Source: Negaprion brevirostris
Lineage: Eukaryota
Reading direction: 5' to 3'
DNA length: 64,000 bases
Assembly: GCA_030324005.1 (NCBI GenBank)
Contig: JARDVH010000157.1
Location: 22,766,208 to 22,830,207 of the forward strand
Program-made: the position numbers and the translations under genes
Notes under the pieces: generated by a model
What the model saw: only the letters and a program-made list of their open reading frames with translations
Told to the model about the DNA's origin: nothing
The model's database searches: none
In this document: positions 49,701 to 60,867 of the stretch, piece by piece
How the letters are laid out: each line of letters begins with the position of its first letter
Numbering within the stretch: the stretch's first letter is position 1

Positions 49701-52700
49701 TTAAAATAGTTAAAATTACTAGTCTCTTATGACTCCTGCAAAGGCTGAGAGACATTCTCTTGGAATGGAGCTTTTATATTTTATATTCCACCTAATAGAT
49801 ATGTAAGAATGATTATGCAGGAAGGTAGCCTGAACCTGCAATGGCTTTTCAAAGCCTTGATGATCTCGCAATCTGCATTTTGTTCTTCCAAAATTTTCCC
49901 TGCTGTATCTCTATCCCATTAAACCTTGTCATCACGTGAAGCAGTGGAAATGTTTTCCTCCATCAGAGCAGACTGGAGAACCGTCTATTTATGTCAGTCT
50001 ATTCTGAAGGAATTTTGTTTGTGAAATTATCAGTTAAGGATCTGATTCTAGTTTTTCAACACACTGTGTGGAATTATTACATTATTCCTGTCAAATGCTC
50101 TGACTCAAATGCTCCAAAATCTGTGGGATCGAAGCTACCTCTTAACATAGCGCATTAAAAACAGTTAAATCTGAAAAGACAAATCATAGATTGTTGATGA
50201 ATTAGGGAAATTCCGACTAGTTTTGTTAAGAACGTCTTTCTGATTGATTTGAAGGTCCTAATCATAAACTTAACATATATATATTCTATAAAACTCGTGG
50301 GGGTGGGTGTAAGAATATTTTCAATGCTATATTTGTAAATTGTCTTTTATTTAATAGGGTATTTCAGAAGGGGAACACGTGCACCCCAGCCAGAGAAGTA
50401 AAACTCCACAAATATCCCAGGATACCAAGGGACCTGCAGCTCCTGAGCATCCTCATCATGTATCTATCACCAGACTACCAGGGCAGATGGAACTGCACTC
50501 GCCTCACCTGCAGCATCTCCAAAGAGAGAGGGTACAACCGGAAGCTAATCCAACTTCTTATCCTTCTCCAACTGGAGTGTCTATGCCAATCAAACATGAA
50601 CTATCCTCACCACACCAACCCCCAACTCCAAAACAAACATCTTTTATCTCCACACAATCCTCAACACCAGGAGCGGCCCCACCACCTGTGATGTCCAGGG
50701 CAGATCCTCAAACCACTGGAAAGCAGGAACCACAGCCACCGTCAGGTTCACAGAGACCTGTGGACATGGTGCAGCTTCTAACAGTAAGCGTCAACTTCAT
50801 TGCATTAGTTAAAAAGACTAACTCATCAACATAAAAGAGAAGTTTAAATTATATCAACTCAACGTTTTCAAAAAATTTGTAGAATGTTAAATTTAAAGAT
50901 AGAGTTGCTTAAAAGTGAAAAGTGTCTCAGTTTCAAGTTGGTTGTAACTATTCCCCTATCCACTTTTATCATCAGGCTTTATTTTTATGATCCCTTCACT
51001 TCTCATTTGCTCCACTTGATTTCAGCTAGTTTTTTTTTACTTTCTATGTTTTCTTAAACTTTTTTACTCCTCTAACTTGTAACTGAATTAAAGAAATAAG
51101 CTGGTTTTAACATAATATTTCTGTGAAACATTGAGGTAGGTTCTAACCAGGTGAATCTGTTATATGTAGCTGAAGGAAATCCCCTTAACTATTTGCTCTC
51201 GTTTTACTGGTTTTCCTCACTTGCGCTATCTGCATAGAACAGTTTACCAAATGCCCTTCATATTCATGGGCTTTCACATCAATTCTGGAAATACATCACA
51301 ACTTTGGAGGATCTGTATGGATAGCACAGAAATGCTACAGGATTAAAGGATATTAAGTGTGATTTACTTTTAAACTGTTTATCCCTTTAGAAGTACCCGA
51401 TTGTGTGGCAGGGGCTGCTAGCTCTGAAGAATGACACAGCTGCAGTACAACTACATTTTGTGTCTGGCAACAACGTGCTTGCCCATCGGTCACTTCCAGC
51501 ACCTGAGGGCGGGCCTCCTCTCAGAATTGCTCAGCGCATGCGGCTGGAGGCAACACAGCTGGAAGGTGTGGCACGCAGAATGACGGTAAGTGACTTCACA
51601 AGGGTTAGAGCTGCTGAAGGGCAGTGAACGATTTATCTTTTTAAAACACTGTCTTAAACATTGTTACTTTAATTTGGGCAGAAGCAGGATAGAAAGTAAC
51701 TATTGTAAAGGCTACCTGACATTTCTTTTTGTTTTCTAGGTGGAAACTGATTACTGCTTATTGTTGGCATTACCATGTGGACGTGATCAGGAGGATGTAG
51801 TAAGTCAGACAGAGTCGTTGAAGGCTGGTTTTATTAGCTATCTACAACTCAAACAAGCTGCTGGAATCATCAATGTTCCAAATCCTGGCTCAAATCAGGT
51901 AAATGATCAATCAGAAATTCGGATGCATGATTTTTGCTCACCATGAGGTTAAAACAAGGGATTAATGCAGGTTGGGGTGTAGGTCTTATCATCCACACGG
52001 GAGTGACTGATTACTCGCCTCTTGACCTCGATTTGTATACTGTATCAATGTTATCAGTTTGAATTAGCTTTACTGCAGCAACTGGAAAAACCCTGATGTC
52101 CCCAGCAAGTGAAGAGAAATATGGAATGCAGCCAAGCAGCATCACAGGAATGTAAACCATTTCAGTGGACTGTAGGAACCAGATATTTCCATTTTGCATT
52201 GAGATGTTGTAAACAATAATGTGTGCTTCAGGCAGAGGCATTCCATAGCAAAAGAAAGGTCACTGTAGTCTCTTCCTTTCCTCACCAAAATTGAGCAGTT
52301 TTGCATTTTTTCTTTTAACATCTGCCACCTCTTAACCAGTTTCAACTGTAAGCCCCTCTGCTCATAGTATGATTTTTCCAGTTAACTGAATTTCAGACGA
52401 GGAATCTCTGGTCATTGTAGAAATTGTACATGTTGTTGGATCAAAGGAAAGGGTTTCATTTTTTTGATATTTCCAGCATATGAGTGCTTGAATAAGGCTG
52501 TTGTTTGCACCCCCTCAAGTAATTAAAATGAAATGTTTGTTAGTAAGCCAGTTTTTTGATTTTCAAAATTAAACATAGTTTGAAATTTGTTGGGAATTAT
52601 TTTGCTATGTTGAAAGTGAAATCTTTTGTGTTAGTTATTCTACAGAAAACCTGTCAATATTTTTATGTTTTGAAGGCTGCACCCACTGATCTTGTGTTTT

Positions 52701-52844
52701 ATCTCTTTGCAGCCTGCTTATGTTCTTCAGATATTCCCACCCTGTGAATTCTCTGAAAGTCATCTGTCCCGTCTAGCCCCAGATTTGCTCGCCAGCATCT
52801 CCAACATCTCCCCTCATCTAATGATTGTCATTGCTTCAGTGTGA
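22566..52844 (+). CDS. SPEN: SPEN (Msx2-interacting protein / SHARP / MINT) transcriptional corepressor; 5'-partial, 12 coding exons in the window
   Basis: The spliced translation gives three RRMs, an RE/RD-rich block, a very large disordered exon and a C-terminal SPOC domain (KYPIVWQGLLALKNDTAAVQLHFVSGN...PHLMIVIASV*), all recognisable as vertebrate SPEN. All splice junctions are phase-compatible. Confidence 0.98.
23314..23500 (+). mobile_element. HE1-type SINE, 3' truncated
   Basis: GCACAGTGGTTAGCACTGCTGCCTCACAGTGCCAGGGACCTGGGTTCAATTCC head followed by the core. Confidence 0.85.
24910..25110 (+). CDS. SPEN: SPEN exon (exon 5 equivalent), 201 bp; RRM2
   Basis: Acceptor ttcttttag|AC, donor CCAG|gtatgt; encodes DTSLKDGLFHEFKKYGKVTSVQIHGASEERYGLVFFRQQEDQEKAMNASKGKLFFGMQIEVTAWTGP. 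Confidence 0.96.
26052..26203 (+). CDS. SPEN: SPEN exon (exon 6 equivalent), 152 bp; start of RRM3
   Basis: Acceptor ccttgcag|AA, donor GTG|gtatgt; encodes ETESENEFRPLDDRIDEFHPKATRTLFIGNLEKTTTYGDLRNIFERFGEIV (RNP2 LFIGNL). Confidence 0.96.
26865..29277 (+). mobile_element. Decayed Penelope-like retroelement (RT plus GIY-YIG endonuclease)
   Basis: FYLFSKINKQDCPDRSIV at 27008 (FYxLPKIHK..PGRPIV type), MNVQFLYIAISQQDGL at 27540 (MDVxSLYTxI type), PFLD and YKLTNAHN*LDYTYSHP remnants, and NLVCAVCCSQCGLIYIRETKCRLDDHF at 28613-28693 (GIY-YIG). Many stops and frameshifts. Confidence 0.88.
27131..27426 (+). mobile_element. HE1-like SINE with an alternative 3' tail, nested in the Penelope element
   Basis: tRNA head GGTGGCACAGTGGTTAACACT...GGGTTCGATT and the same core, but ending TTTTCACAGTAACTTCATT...CTTGTGACACTAATAAAATAAAC. 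Confidence 0.85.
29399..29571. repeat. Long inverted repeat (~65-bp arms) derived from a Penelope-type terminal region
   Basis: Arm 29399-29463 is a near-perfect reverse complement of arm 29507-29571. Confidence 0.9.
29465..29507 (-). ncRNA. Minimal type I hammerhead-ribozyme-like motif (Penelope-associated)
   Basis: The minus strand reads AGAGCU-CUGACGA-AUGGUC AUUUA GACUU-GAAACGUU-GGCUCU: 6-bp stem I, CUGANGA and GAAA core boxes, a short imperfect stem II, a palindromic ACGU in place of stem III, and a GUU cleavage triplet. Confidence 0.65.
30237..30362 (+). CDS. SPEN: SPEN exon (exon 7 equivalent), 126 bp; RRM3
   Basis: Not in the ORF track; read manually. Acceptor tgacag|GAT, donor AAG|gtcagg; encodes DIDIKKVNGVPQYAFLQYCDIASVCKAIKKMDGEYLGNNRLK. 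Confidence 0.96.
32012..32034 (+). repeat. (TC)11 microsatellite forming the polypyrimidine tract of a SPEN acceptor
   Basis: Ends 8 nt before the exon start at 32043. Confidence 0.9.
32043..32156 (+). CDS. SPEN: SPEN exon (exon 8 equivalent), 114 bp; start of RRM4
   Basis: Read manually. Acceptor (tc)n...ttcttcag|CTG, donor AAA|gtaagt; encodes LGFGKSMPTNCVWLDGLSSNITEQYLSRHFCRYGPVLK. Confidence 0.96.
33647..33760 (+). CDS. SPEN: SPEN exon (exon 9 equivalent), 114 bp; RRM4
   Basis: Acceptor ggacag|ATT, donor AAG|gttagt; encodes IVLDRQKGMALVLYDEIECAQTAVQETKGRKIGGNRIK. Confidence 0.95.
34292..34392 (+). CDS. SPEN: SPEN exon (exon 10 equivalent), 101 bp; end of RRM4, followed by a GC donor
   Basis: Acceptor cccctttag|GTG; encodes VDFANRESQLAFYRSMEVSGQDIRDLYEIFAER-R. 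The adjacent phase-2 donor compatible with the next exon is AG|gcaagt. Confidence 0.9.
36869..45837 (+). CDS. SPEN: SPEN giant exon (exon 11 equivalent), ~9 kb; disordered middle region with nuclear-receptor-interacting region and RBPJ-binding motif; assembly gaps at 38611-38710, 40602-40611 and 44599-44698
   Basis: Acceptor attaacag|G, donor CAG|gtaatt. Three long ORFs (651, 1994, 363 aa) are separated only at 100-N gaps. SPEN blocks include PYEQDIREYSYRQRERERERER, ERNKFYSFALDKTITPDTKALLERAKSLSSSREENWSFLD, RQELFASRFLHSSIFEQDSKRLQHLE and LRVNTSEGVVVLSYSGQKTEGPQRI. Confidence 0.95.
42281..42820 (+). repeat. Coding tandem repeat in SPEN: ~4 x 30 bp (ASGRLVSKAP-like) followed by ~12-13 x 33 bp (ESVISKAPVSV-like)
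   Basis: Periodicity is visible in DNA (GAGAGTGTGATATCTAAAGCTCCTGTCTCAGTG-like units, best preserved at 42590-42790) and in the protein. Confidence 0.92.
46130..46740 (-). mobile_element. Old CR1-like LINE 3' fragment
   Basis: Decayed reverse-complement tail (GGCCATTTGGCTCATT) and C-terminal ORF2 remnants resembling other CR1 copies in the window. Confidence 0.6.
48085..48520 (-). mobile_element. Deu-domain SINE (SacSINE1/AmnSINE-like)
   Basis: Contains CACTTATATAGCACTTTTCAC...AAAGTGCTTTGCAGCCAATGA...AAACAGCAATGAGATAATGA...GTGATGTTGATTGAGGAATAAATATTG, with a tRNA-like head at the right end. The family name is from recall. Confidence 0.65.
48835..49112 (+). mobile_element. HE1-type SINE with CR1-like tail
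   Basis: B box GGGTTCAATTCC, core GGTTTCCTCCCACAGTCCAAAGATG, tail GGACCAAATGGCCTCCTTCTGCACTGT. Confidence 0.85.
50358..50783 (+). CDS. SPEN: SPEN exon (exon 12 equivalent), 426 bp; P/Q/S-rich linker into SPOC
   Basis: Acceptor tttaatag|GGT (phase 0), donor ACA|gtaagc; encodes GISEGEHVHPSQRSKTPQ...SQRPVDMVQLLT. Confidence 0.92.
51391..51585 (+). CDS. SPEN: SPEN exon (exon 13 equivalent), 195 bp; SPOC domain
   Basis: Acceptor ccctttag|AAG, donor ACG|gtaagt; encodes KYPIVWQGLLALKNDTAAVQLHFVSGNNVLAHRSLPAPEGGPPLRIAQRMRLEATQLEGVARRMT. Confidence 0.97.
51740..51898 (+). CDS. SPEN: SPEN exon (exon 14 equivalent), 159 bp; SPOC domain
   Basis: Acceptor gttttctag|GTG, donor CAG|gtaaat; encodes VETDYCLLLALPCGRDQEDVVSQTESLKAGFISYLQLKQAAGIINVPNPGSNQ. 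Confidence 0.97.
52713..52844 (+). CDS. SPEN: SPEN last coding exon, 132 bp to the TGA stop; end of SPOC
   Basis: Read manually. Acceptor ctctttgcag|CCT; encodes PAYVLQIFPPCEFSESHLSRLAPDLLASISNISPHLMIVIASV, with TGA at 52842-52844. Confidence 0.97.
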   Translation, partial: PAYVLQIFPPCEFSESHLSRLAPDLLASISNISPHLMIVIASV

Positions 52845-54035
52845 GCATTTGGTTTGCTCTCCTTTTTAATCTTGGACTCCGTTACACTGCCAACTGCCAA
52901 TCTTCTTCCAAGCAGGGCCCGATTTGGACAATGGGCAGCTACGTGTTTACAATGTTTCCAGCCCTGGGCGAACTGGTGTGTTCCAGTGGCAGAATGGAAA
53001 CCCCTCTATGTAATCCTGCACTCTCGGCGATTCCTGTTTATGTGAATTGGGATTACCATTGCACTATATTAGTGACTTGGTGACTGTATGGCAGTAGATT
53101 GCTATGGATCTTATCATGGTAGCATCCTGGATCCCCTCTGATGGACTTGAAGGCAGGACCTCAGAATCCCTACCTGTATCAGCAGGGCCAGAGTTGGGAT
53201 GCTTTTCAACCCCACCATCAGTTGTAATGATCAACTCTTTCCTTTTGTAAATCTCCTTCGAGAAGGAATCAAATGGGCTGATTGCTGAGAGAAGAGGGAT
53301 GAACAGTTTAAGCTGAAAAGGGAAATAAAGCTGGTGGGAAATGCTGAATCCTTGGAACCATGAATTCAAACTTTACTGAGATGAAAAAAACATACAATTT
53401 TACCTGTGCCAAAATGCATTTTCAGAGAAATCTTATTTTCATATGCAGACTTTGTACTTTCATTCATTCTTAAGTGCGCTTCACTACTCCCTAACGCTGC
53501 CCTTCAAGATGTGAGAGTATTTTATGCTTGTCAGGACATCTGTTCGGTCTGATTAATTTATAAATTCTTTCCACAGTCCTTCCTTTGTTTTTTTAATCCT
53601 TTGTTGTTTGGAGCGATCCGAGTCTGATTTAAGCCAATGTGGTGAAAAATGGTCTCCAATACGCAGCAAAAACTGGTACTCAGTAAACAAGCCCCCCTAC
53701 TCCTAATAGGACGGGGATGCAAGGGGACTGGTACTCCCAAGAAAAGAGGGGCTGCGCCGTCTGAGCCAGCCATGAATGCTGTAACTACCTACCGGCAGCA
53801 AGCAGTCTCCTTGTACTTTTTAATGGCGTTTGTACATAGTACTTTTGGAATTCTGTGCTTTGGTCTGATCTGATTAACTTGTGTAAAAAAGAAAGGAAAC
53901 CCCAAACCCCCAGACTTGAACCGTGTTACACAGTGCTGTAAATATTTGTAAAACTCAAAACAATTCTTTCATGGTAATGTTGAAGGCACTTATAATTTTG
54001 ATACACAGAATAAAAATCTTAGCACATTATAGAAT
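52845..54035 (+). other. SPEN: Probable SPEN 3' UTR
   Basis: Follows the stop codon and has no recognisable transposons. AATAAA occurs at 53324-53329 and 54009-54014. The 3' end is inferred only. Confidence 0.6.
54009..54014 (+). terminator. Candidate polyadenylation signal AATAAA
   Basis: Canonical hexamer preceded by several TGTA elements in 53811-53951. Confidence 0.55.
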
Positions 54036-54769
54036 ATATGGCAGCATTCTCTCTGTACTGAGTATGTAAATAGCCTGCCAGCTGGCAAAGTCTAGAGCCT
54101 GGACAGCCAACTTTTTCAGGTGACCTATAAAGATATAACTACCTTTTTGATGAGTAAAGCACCCGGGTTAAGGTGTCTAGCAGACTTGTCTCCCTAACAT
54201 CACTTGCGTTAGCCTGCATACTCCACACAACTGTGGTAACTGCACCTTCTGGAATTATCTTGTGACCATAGATTCCTCTAAAGTGATTTCAGGGAGTAAC
54301 TCTAATAATGAATGTGTTAATTCTGACTCTGTGGCTGTATGTTATGATGTGCTTATATAATTATACTGTTAATGCACTGGGAGCAGCTAGAGGAGAAGGT
54401 AATACCAACTTGCTCAATCTAAGAAATGTGTGTTTTAAACCTTCCCTTTCCGTCTAATTGGATGCATAAGGAAGGAAACCGATAATTCGTCTTCCTTTTT
54501 ATATCAGGCGACGGGGTGGAGACATCTCATTTGAACTGCCCTGGCAGTGTGCTATCTTTATTATATAAAGTTATCAGTAACTGCACAATTACATCTTTAA
54601 CATGATTTTGCAATTCAACAGGGTTTTTTTTAATTGATAGAAATAGAAAATAGTGGACCTTCAGTTAATTGTTGAAAAGTTTGAGTAATTTATATTGTGC
54701 ACATGCTAGGAGGACACTAAGCCTTTATTTTACTAATTCAAAATTTGGTGCGCGTGTGTATTAGTCAAA

Positions 54770-54946
54770 TGCACAGTGGTACAGTGGTTAGCACTAGGTT
54801 CAGTTCCCACCTTGGGTCTGTGTGGAGTTTGCGCGTTCTACCTGTGCCTGTGTGGGCTTCCTCCGGGTGCTCCAGTTTCCTCCCATAGTCCAAAGATGTG
54901 TAGTTTAGGTGAATTGGCCATGCTAAATTGCCCCTCAGTGTCCCAA
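54770..54946 (+). mobile_element. HE1-type SINE running into a gap
   Basis: Head GGTACAGTGGTTAGCACT and core CTCCGGGTGCTCCAGTTTCCTCCCATAGTCCAAAGATGTG. Confidence 0.82.
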
Positions 54947-55299
54947 NNNNNNNNNNNNNNNNNNNNNNNNNNNNNNNNNNNNNNNNNNNNNNNNNNNNNN
55001 NNNNNNNNNNNNNNNNNNNNNNNNNNNNNNNNNNNNNNNNNNNNNNAAACCCATCTGGTTCAGTAATGTCATTTTGTGAATGAAATTTTAAATCCCTTTA
55101 GTGGAGGATACCTGCCATCTTTACCTGGGTCGGGTCTATGTATAACTCCAGATCCACAGTAATATGGTTGACTAACTGCTGTCTGAAATTGCCTAGCAAG
55201 ATACTTGGTTCAAGGACAATTAGGGGTGAGCAACAAATGCTGGCCTTGCCAGTGACATCCACATTGCATTAAAGAATAAAGAAAAAAATATGTAGTCAA

Positions 55300-55850
55300 C
55301 AACAGAGAATCCACAACCCCCTCTGGTAGAAAATTCCAAAGATTCATTATGCTTTGATGAAGAAATTTCTCCTCCACCCTGTCCTAAATGATTGGCCCCT
55401 TATTCTGAGACTGCGCATTCTCTGATCAATAGAAATAACNNNNNNNNNNTAACCTCCCAGTATGTACCCCACAAAGCCTCAATTCTTCTAACCTCCAATT
55501 TGCTCAGCTTCTCAGCAGAGAACAATCGTCACATCACAGGAAACAATTTAGGAAACTTTGTGCTGCTCTGATGCAAGTGTATCCTTTCTTAAATGTAGAG
55601 ATCAAAGCTGCACAATGTACTCCATGTGTGGTCTCATCATAGCCCTGTACAATTTCAACAAGACGTCTTTACTCTTGTAAGCAGGTCCCCTTGCAATACA
55701 GGCCATCATGTCATTTGCCTTTCTTACTGCATGCTGTATCTGCATGCTAACTTTCTGCATTCCTTGTATGAATAAATGCAAGTTTTTTTGAACATGAACA
55801 TTTACAAGTTTTGTACCTTCCCTTAAATGTCTGCTTTATTATTTTTATAA
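55300..55850 (-). mobile_element. CR1-like LINE fragment
   Basis: The minus strand has RGQSFRTGWRRNFF-like and YKSKDVLLKLYRAMMRPHMEYIVQL remnants. Confidence 0.72.
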
Positions 55851-57649
55851 TTGTCATAAAAATCATTGTTCAAACTTGAAAGGGTTCAGCTGTCAAGAAA
55901 GGTCAAGTCTCTTTTTACCTTTCTAATCAAAAGAATTCGGTATTTCTAGTAATATGAGTCATCACAGCTGCTTCAGAAATACTTGGTTATCTTTGTTCAG
56001 AAAACAAATTGTGGGGGAAAAAAACCTGTTGTGCTTGAATAATTTACACTGTTGGTGTTTGGAGATGCATCTTTGCAAACCTGGTACAGCAGATCTTATG
56101 TTACACTCCAGTAACATCAGGACATTTTGTACTGCATTATATTTTTAACAGGCAAATACCAGGAACAGCCATAAACAAGAATGTTTTAAATTTATAAATG
56201 AATGTCAAGATCAGATCATGTGGTCTCTACAAGATAAAAGCATGTTTTGGAGCCATGACCGTCAGCAGATTCCGTTAAAGTTTTGATGGGTATCATACAA
56301 TTGAGGATCAGATCGGGATACTTTTAAAGCAAGACACAAGTTGGAGAGTTTCCTCCCTCATAGTTCAGTGGATTTATTTCTTGAGTCCAGGAAGAGATCC
56401 ATGTTCAGCTTCTGGTCTGTGCTGAGTTGACCTCAAGAAAGACGATTGTAAGGACTTCAGTTGCTTTGTGTTTGGAAGAAGGTAATCATCCAGGGTTCCT
56501 GCGACTGATTATTATTCAGTTGCTCCTGCTGGAAGCATGTGTGCCAATGCGGAGATGTTGGGTAAGACTTAGCTATGCCAGCCCTTACAGACCAATGCCA
56601 TTCATTATCAGAGCTCACACGTCTTTGGAAAAGGTAGCAGAGAGGGATCCATGATTAGTGCTGTGCTAGCTTATTGCTGCTCAACTGATGCCCACTATTG
56701 TTAACTAGCCTCTCAACACTCACTAGACTCATTAGACTTGATGAAGATTGGCCACTGGAGCAATAAGCTGGAGGACTGTCTGTATCTGGAACTGCACCCA
56801 ATCATATTAACACTTCCATAAGGAAGAGAGAACATCTGGGGGTAAATAATAGGGAAATAATTGAAATCAGATAAATTGTAAGCAGATCTGATAAATGGTT
56901 GCTGGTTTACTCTGTACTGCTATATATTATATCAGGATGTTGTCACTATATTTTTCCATCTAAACGTCCTACAACTTACCACTGTTTTTGTAACTGCAAT
57001 ATATTTATGATTAGACCTGATATTTTAAAAATTGATACACTGTAAAAGACTCCATTATAAACATTAGCTGTTTTACCCATATTCTTACGTGATATTGGCA
57101 GCAAAACTCATCATTATTTTATTGAGGCTGTGATAGTTTATCCCCACCATACAAATTTACAGATTTGTCCATCGTTATCCCATTACCACTTTCACTTCTT
57201 GCTGCCTACAGCCTGATGCATTCCATATTAAATTTTTTTGAGATCACATTGATTTTACTTGAAGTAGACCCAGGAGCATCATAATCAGTCCAAAGATTAC
57301 AACCATTAAAGTTGTTATAATTCTTTCATCCCAGTCTCCCTGTATTGGTTGCTTCCAAAATGAAAGCTAATGTGATCAATACAGTCAGGATGTGTGTCAA
57401 TTTCATTGAATGTTTTACCAATGTTTTGACTAATGAATTCCAATTCTTAAAAGATGTTATCCATGAAGTGGGTAAATGTGAATTGCTGGTTGCTCTGAGA
57501 AGGTGATGTTAGGCCTTTGTGAACCACTGGTTGGTTTGATACAACTGAATGGTGTCAACAGTGTTGCATGTTGGTGTCACATATAGGTCAGATTGGATAT
57601 GGACTTCTTTCCTAAAAATCATTATTTATTTATCTGTGNNNNNNNNNNT

Positions 57650-57946
57650 CTGTGTCGCAAGTAGGTTTACATTAATACTGCAATGAAGTTACTGTGAAAA
57701 TCCCTTAGTTGCCACAGTCTGGCAGCTGTTCGGGTATGCTGAGGAAGAATTTAGCATGGCCAGTGCACCCAACCAGCATGTCTTTTTTGGACTGTGGAAG
57801 GAAACCGGAGCACCTGCAGGAAGCACACGCAGACATGGGGAGAATGTGCAAACATTTGCACAGACAGTGACCCAAGCTGGGAATCGAACCCGAGTCCCTG
57901 GCACTGTGAGGCATCAGTGCTAACCACTGTGCCATAGTGTCACCCA
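57650..57946 (-). mobile_element. HE1-like SINE with the alternative 3' tail
   Basis: Reverse complement of the 27131-type element: head GGCACAGTGGTTAGCACTG, tail TTTTCACAGTAACTTCATTGCAG. Confidence 0.85.
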
Positions 57947-58139
57947 ATTAATGAATCAGTTATGTTTTTATGACAGCCCAATATTTACATGGCCATTATT
58001 AATGATACCAACTTCTCACTTAGAGCTTTTTAACATTAAATTCAAATTCTCTAACTACCTTGGTGAGATTTGAACTCTTGTTCCCTCGATGGCTAGTCCA
58101 CTAACATAACCACTACATGGACGAAAGAGCTAAACCCCT

Positions 58140-58275
58140 AAGATGAGGTGAGAGTTACTGCCCTTGACATCAATGCAGCATTTAACCAAGTGTAACATTA
58201 GGGAGCCCTATCAAAACTGGAGATAATGGGAGTCGGGGGGGAAAGTCTTTGTGGGTTGGAGTCATACCTGGTATG
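58140..58275 (+). mobile_element. Short LINE reverse transcriptase fragment, different family from the neighbouring CR1
   Basis: Encodes EVRVTALDINAAFNQV*H*GALSKLEIMGVGGESLCGLESYL (LDxxKAFDxVxH motif). Confidence 0.75.
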
Positions 58276-59099
58276 GAAGGAAGTCATTTGCCTTCCATAT
58301 CTGTTCAAAAGAGCTGCACAATTTAGTCCCACACCCCAAACTTTCCATAAGATCATGGGTAATCTGATTAACTGCACTTTCCTGTCTCTCCTCCCTCAGC
58401 CTGAAATCCTTTGCCAATCAAAAATCTGTCTTAACTCAACCTTGAGTATATTCAATGACCCAGCCTCTACTGCTGTCCATGAAAGAATTCCAAAGACCAA
58501 TGACTCTCTAAGAAAATCATCCTTGATGTCTTCTTAAATGGGAGATCTCTTACTTCTAAACTGTGCCCCCTAATTCAAGATTTCCCCTAAAAAAAAAACA
58601 TCCTGTCAGCACCTACACTGTCAATCCAGCTCAGAATCTATGTTTCAATAAGATTACCTCTCACTCTTCTGAATTCCAGAGGGTATAAGTCCGATCAACT
58701 CATCCTTTCCGAATAACACAACCCTTTCATGCCAGGAATTAGCCAAGTGAAACTTCTGTAAGTCACATACCTTGTTGCAAATGTTGGTTTAAAGGCACAA
58801 ATAGAGGTAAGTGGGTATGATCTAATTGCCATTATGGAAACATGGCTACAGGGTGACCAAGACTGGGACCTGAATATTCATGGAGAGTCAACGTTTCGGA
58901 AGGACTGGCAAGAAGGGTAAGGAGGTGGTTTTTACTGACAAAATAGATGGAAATCAGTACATTAGTACAGAGTGGAAAATTAAAATGTAGAATCTGGGTG
59001 GAGCTAAGAAACAGCAAGGGGCAGCAAACATTGGTAAGGGTTGTTTATCGGCTGCCAAACAGTAGTGGTACTATAGGGCATGGTATTAATTGGGAAAAA

Positions 59100-59510
59100 G
59101 TTAAAGTTTACTTATTAGTCACAAGTAAGTTTACATTCACANNNNNNNNNNNNNNNNNNNNNNNNNNNNNNNNNNNNNNNNNNNNNNNNNNNNNNNNNNN
59201 NNNNNNNNNNNNNNNNNNNNNNNNNNNNNNNNNNNNNNNNNCAAGTAAGTTTACATTCACACTGCAATGAAGTTATTGTGAAAATACCTTAGTTGCACTC
59301 TGGCACCTGTTTGGTAGGCTGAGAGAGCATTTAGCATGGCCAATTCACCTAAGCAGCACATCTTTGGATTGTGGGAGGAAACCGGGGCACTCGGAGGAAA
59401 TACACGCAGACATGGAGAACATGCAAACTCCACACAGACAGTGACCCAAGCCTGGAATTGAACCCGGGTCACTGGCGCTGTGAGGCAGCAGTGCTAACTG
59501 ATGTGCCACC
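59100..59510 (-). mobile_element. HE1-like SINE with the alternative tail, nested in the CR1 endonuclease region
   Basis: Interrupts the LINE between ...GHGINWE and ...RKASSMSNKIIMGDFN; head and tail match the 57650-57946 copy. Confidence 0.85.
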
Positions 59511-59999
59511 GGTTAGAAAGGCATCTAGTATGAGTAATAAAATAATCATGGGTGACTTCAATCTGCATATAGACTGGGTAAATGTGAGTACTAATGCTTT
59601 GGAGAACAAGTTTCTGAAGTGTGTTAGGGATGGTTTTATAGAGCAGTATGTTGAACTAATGCGAGAACTGGCTATTTTAGATCTAGTATTATATAATGGG
59701 AAATAATTAATAATCTTGCAAAAGAACCTTCAGGGATGAATGACCATAATACGATAGAATTTTATGTTATGCTTGAAAATGAGTTTAATTTGAAGCCGGG
59801 TTGTTAAATTTGAACAAAGGAAATCATGGAAGTATGTTAGATGATGAATAGTCTTTAAAGAATTATTACACAGTTTACTGCAATCTTACCTCCCTCACAA
59901 CACAAAAACCCAAAGGTAGAGTCAGTTAACCTTGACTAACAAAGAAGGTTGAAGATTGTGTAAAACAAAAGGGCCTATAATGTTGCCAGATGATTGTCC

Positions 60000-60420
60000 T
60001 GTGAGGTAGTGTTAGACAGATTGGTTTCACTTAAACAGAGTTTGGAATAGTGAAGGATGACTTGACTGAAGTAAATAAGATTTGGAATTAGCTTGACAAG
60101 GTGGATGTGGAAAGGATGTTTCCCCTTGTGGGTGAGAACTTGGGGGCACTGTTTGAAAATTGGGATTTTAGGATGGAGATGAGAATTTTTTTTCTTTTGA
60201 GCCTTGTGTGACTTTGGAATTCTGCCCAGAAGGTGGTGGAGACAGGATCATTGAACATTTTGAAGGCAGGGGTGGATAGGGTGTTAGGCAAGGGAAACAA
60301 ATGTTGGGGGTAGATGGGGATGTAGAACTTGAAGCACAGATCAGTCATGACCTTATCAAATGGCAGCGCAGGCTCAAGGGGCCAAATAACCTACTTCTGC
60401 TTCTATTTAATATGTTTGTT
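60000..60420 (+). mobile_element. Second CR1-like 3' end nested in the long CR1
   Basis: ORF2 C-terminal remnant and the tail GGCTCAAGGGGCCAAATAACCTACTTCTGCTTCTAT. Confidence 0.72.
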
Positions 60421-60867
60421 AATAGTAGTAAACTTGGGGATTGGCAGGATTTTAGAATACAATGAATGAGGGCAAAGAAACTGATAAAGGGAGAATAGAA
60501 TATGAATGTATATGAGCAACAAATATAAAAATGGACTGTAAATGCTTATGTGTATCCATTACAGGTAGACTCAGGAGAATTTATAATAGGGAATAGGGAA
60601 GTGGCAAAGTCTAAATGATTATTCTGTGACTGCCTTCACTGAGGAACATTCAAAAAATCTCCTAGAATTAGAAATCCAAAGAACTAGGAGAATGTGGAAT
60701 TGAAGGAGATTATTAGTAAGAATGTTGTATCAGACAAATTAATGGGTTTCAATTGGTAAGTCCCTGGTACCTGTTAGTCTGCACCCCAGAGTGTTGAACA
60801 AGTTAGCCTATGGAGATAATGAGTGCATTGGACTTCATTTTTCAAAATTCTGTAAAATACAGAATGA

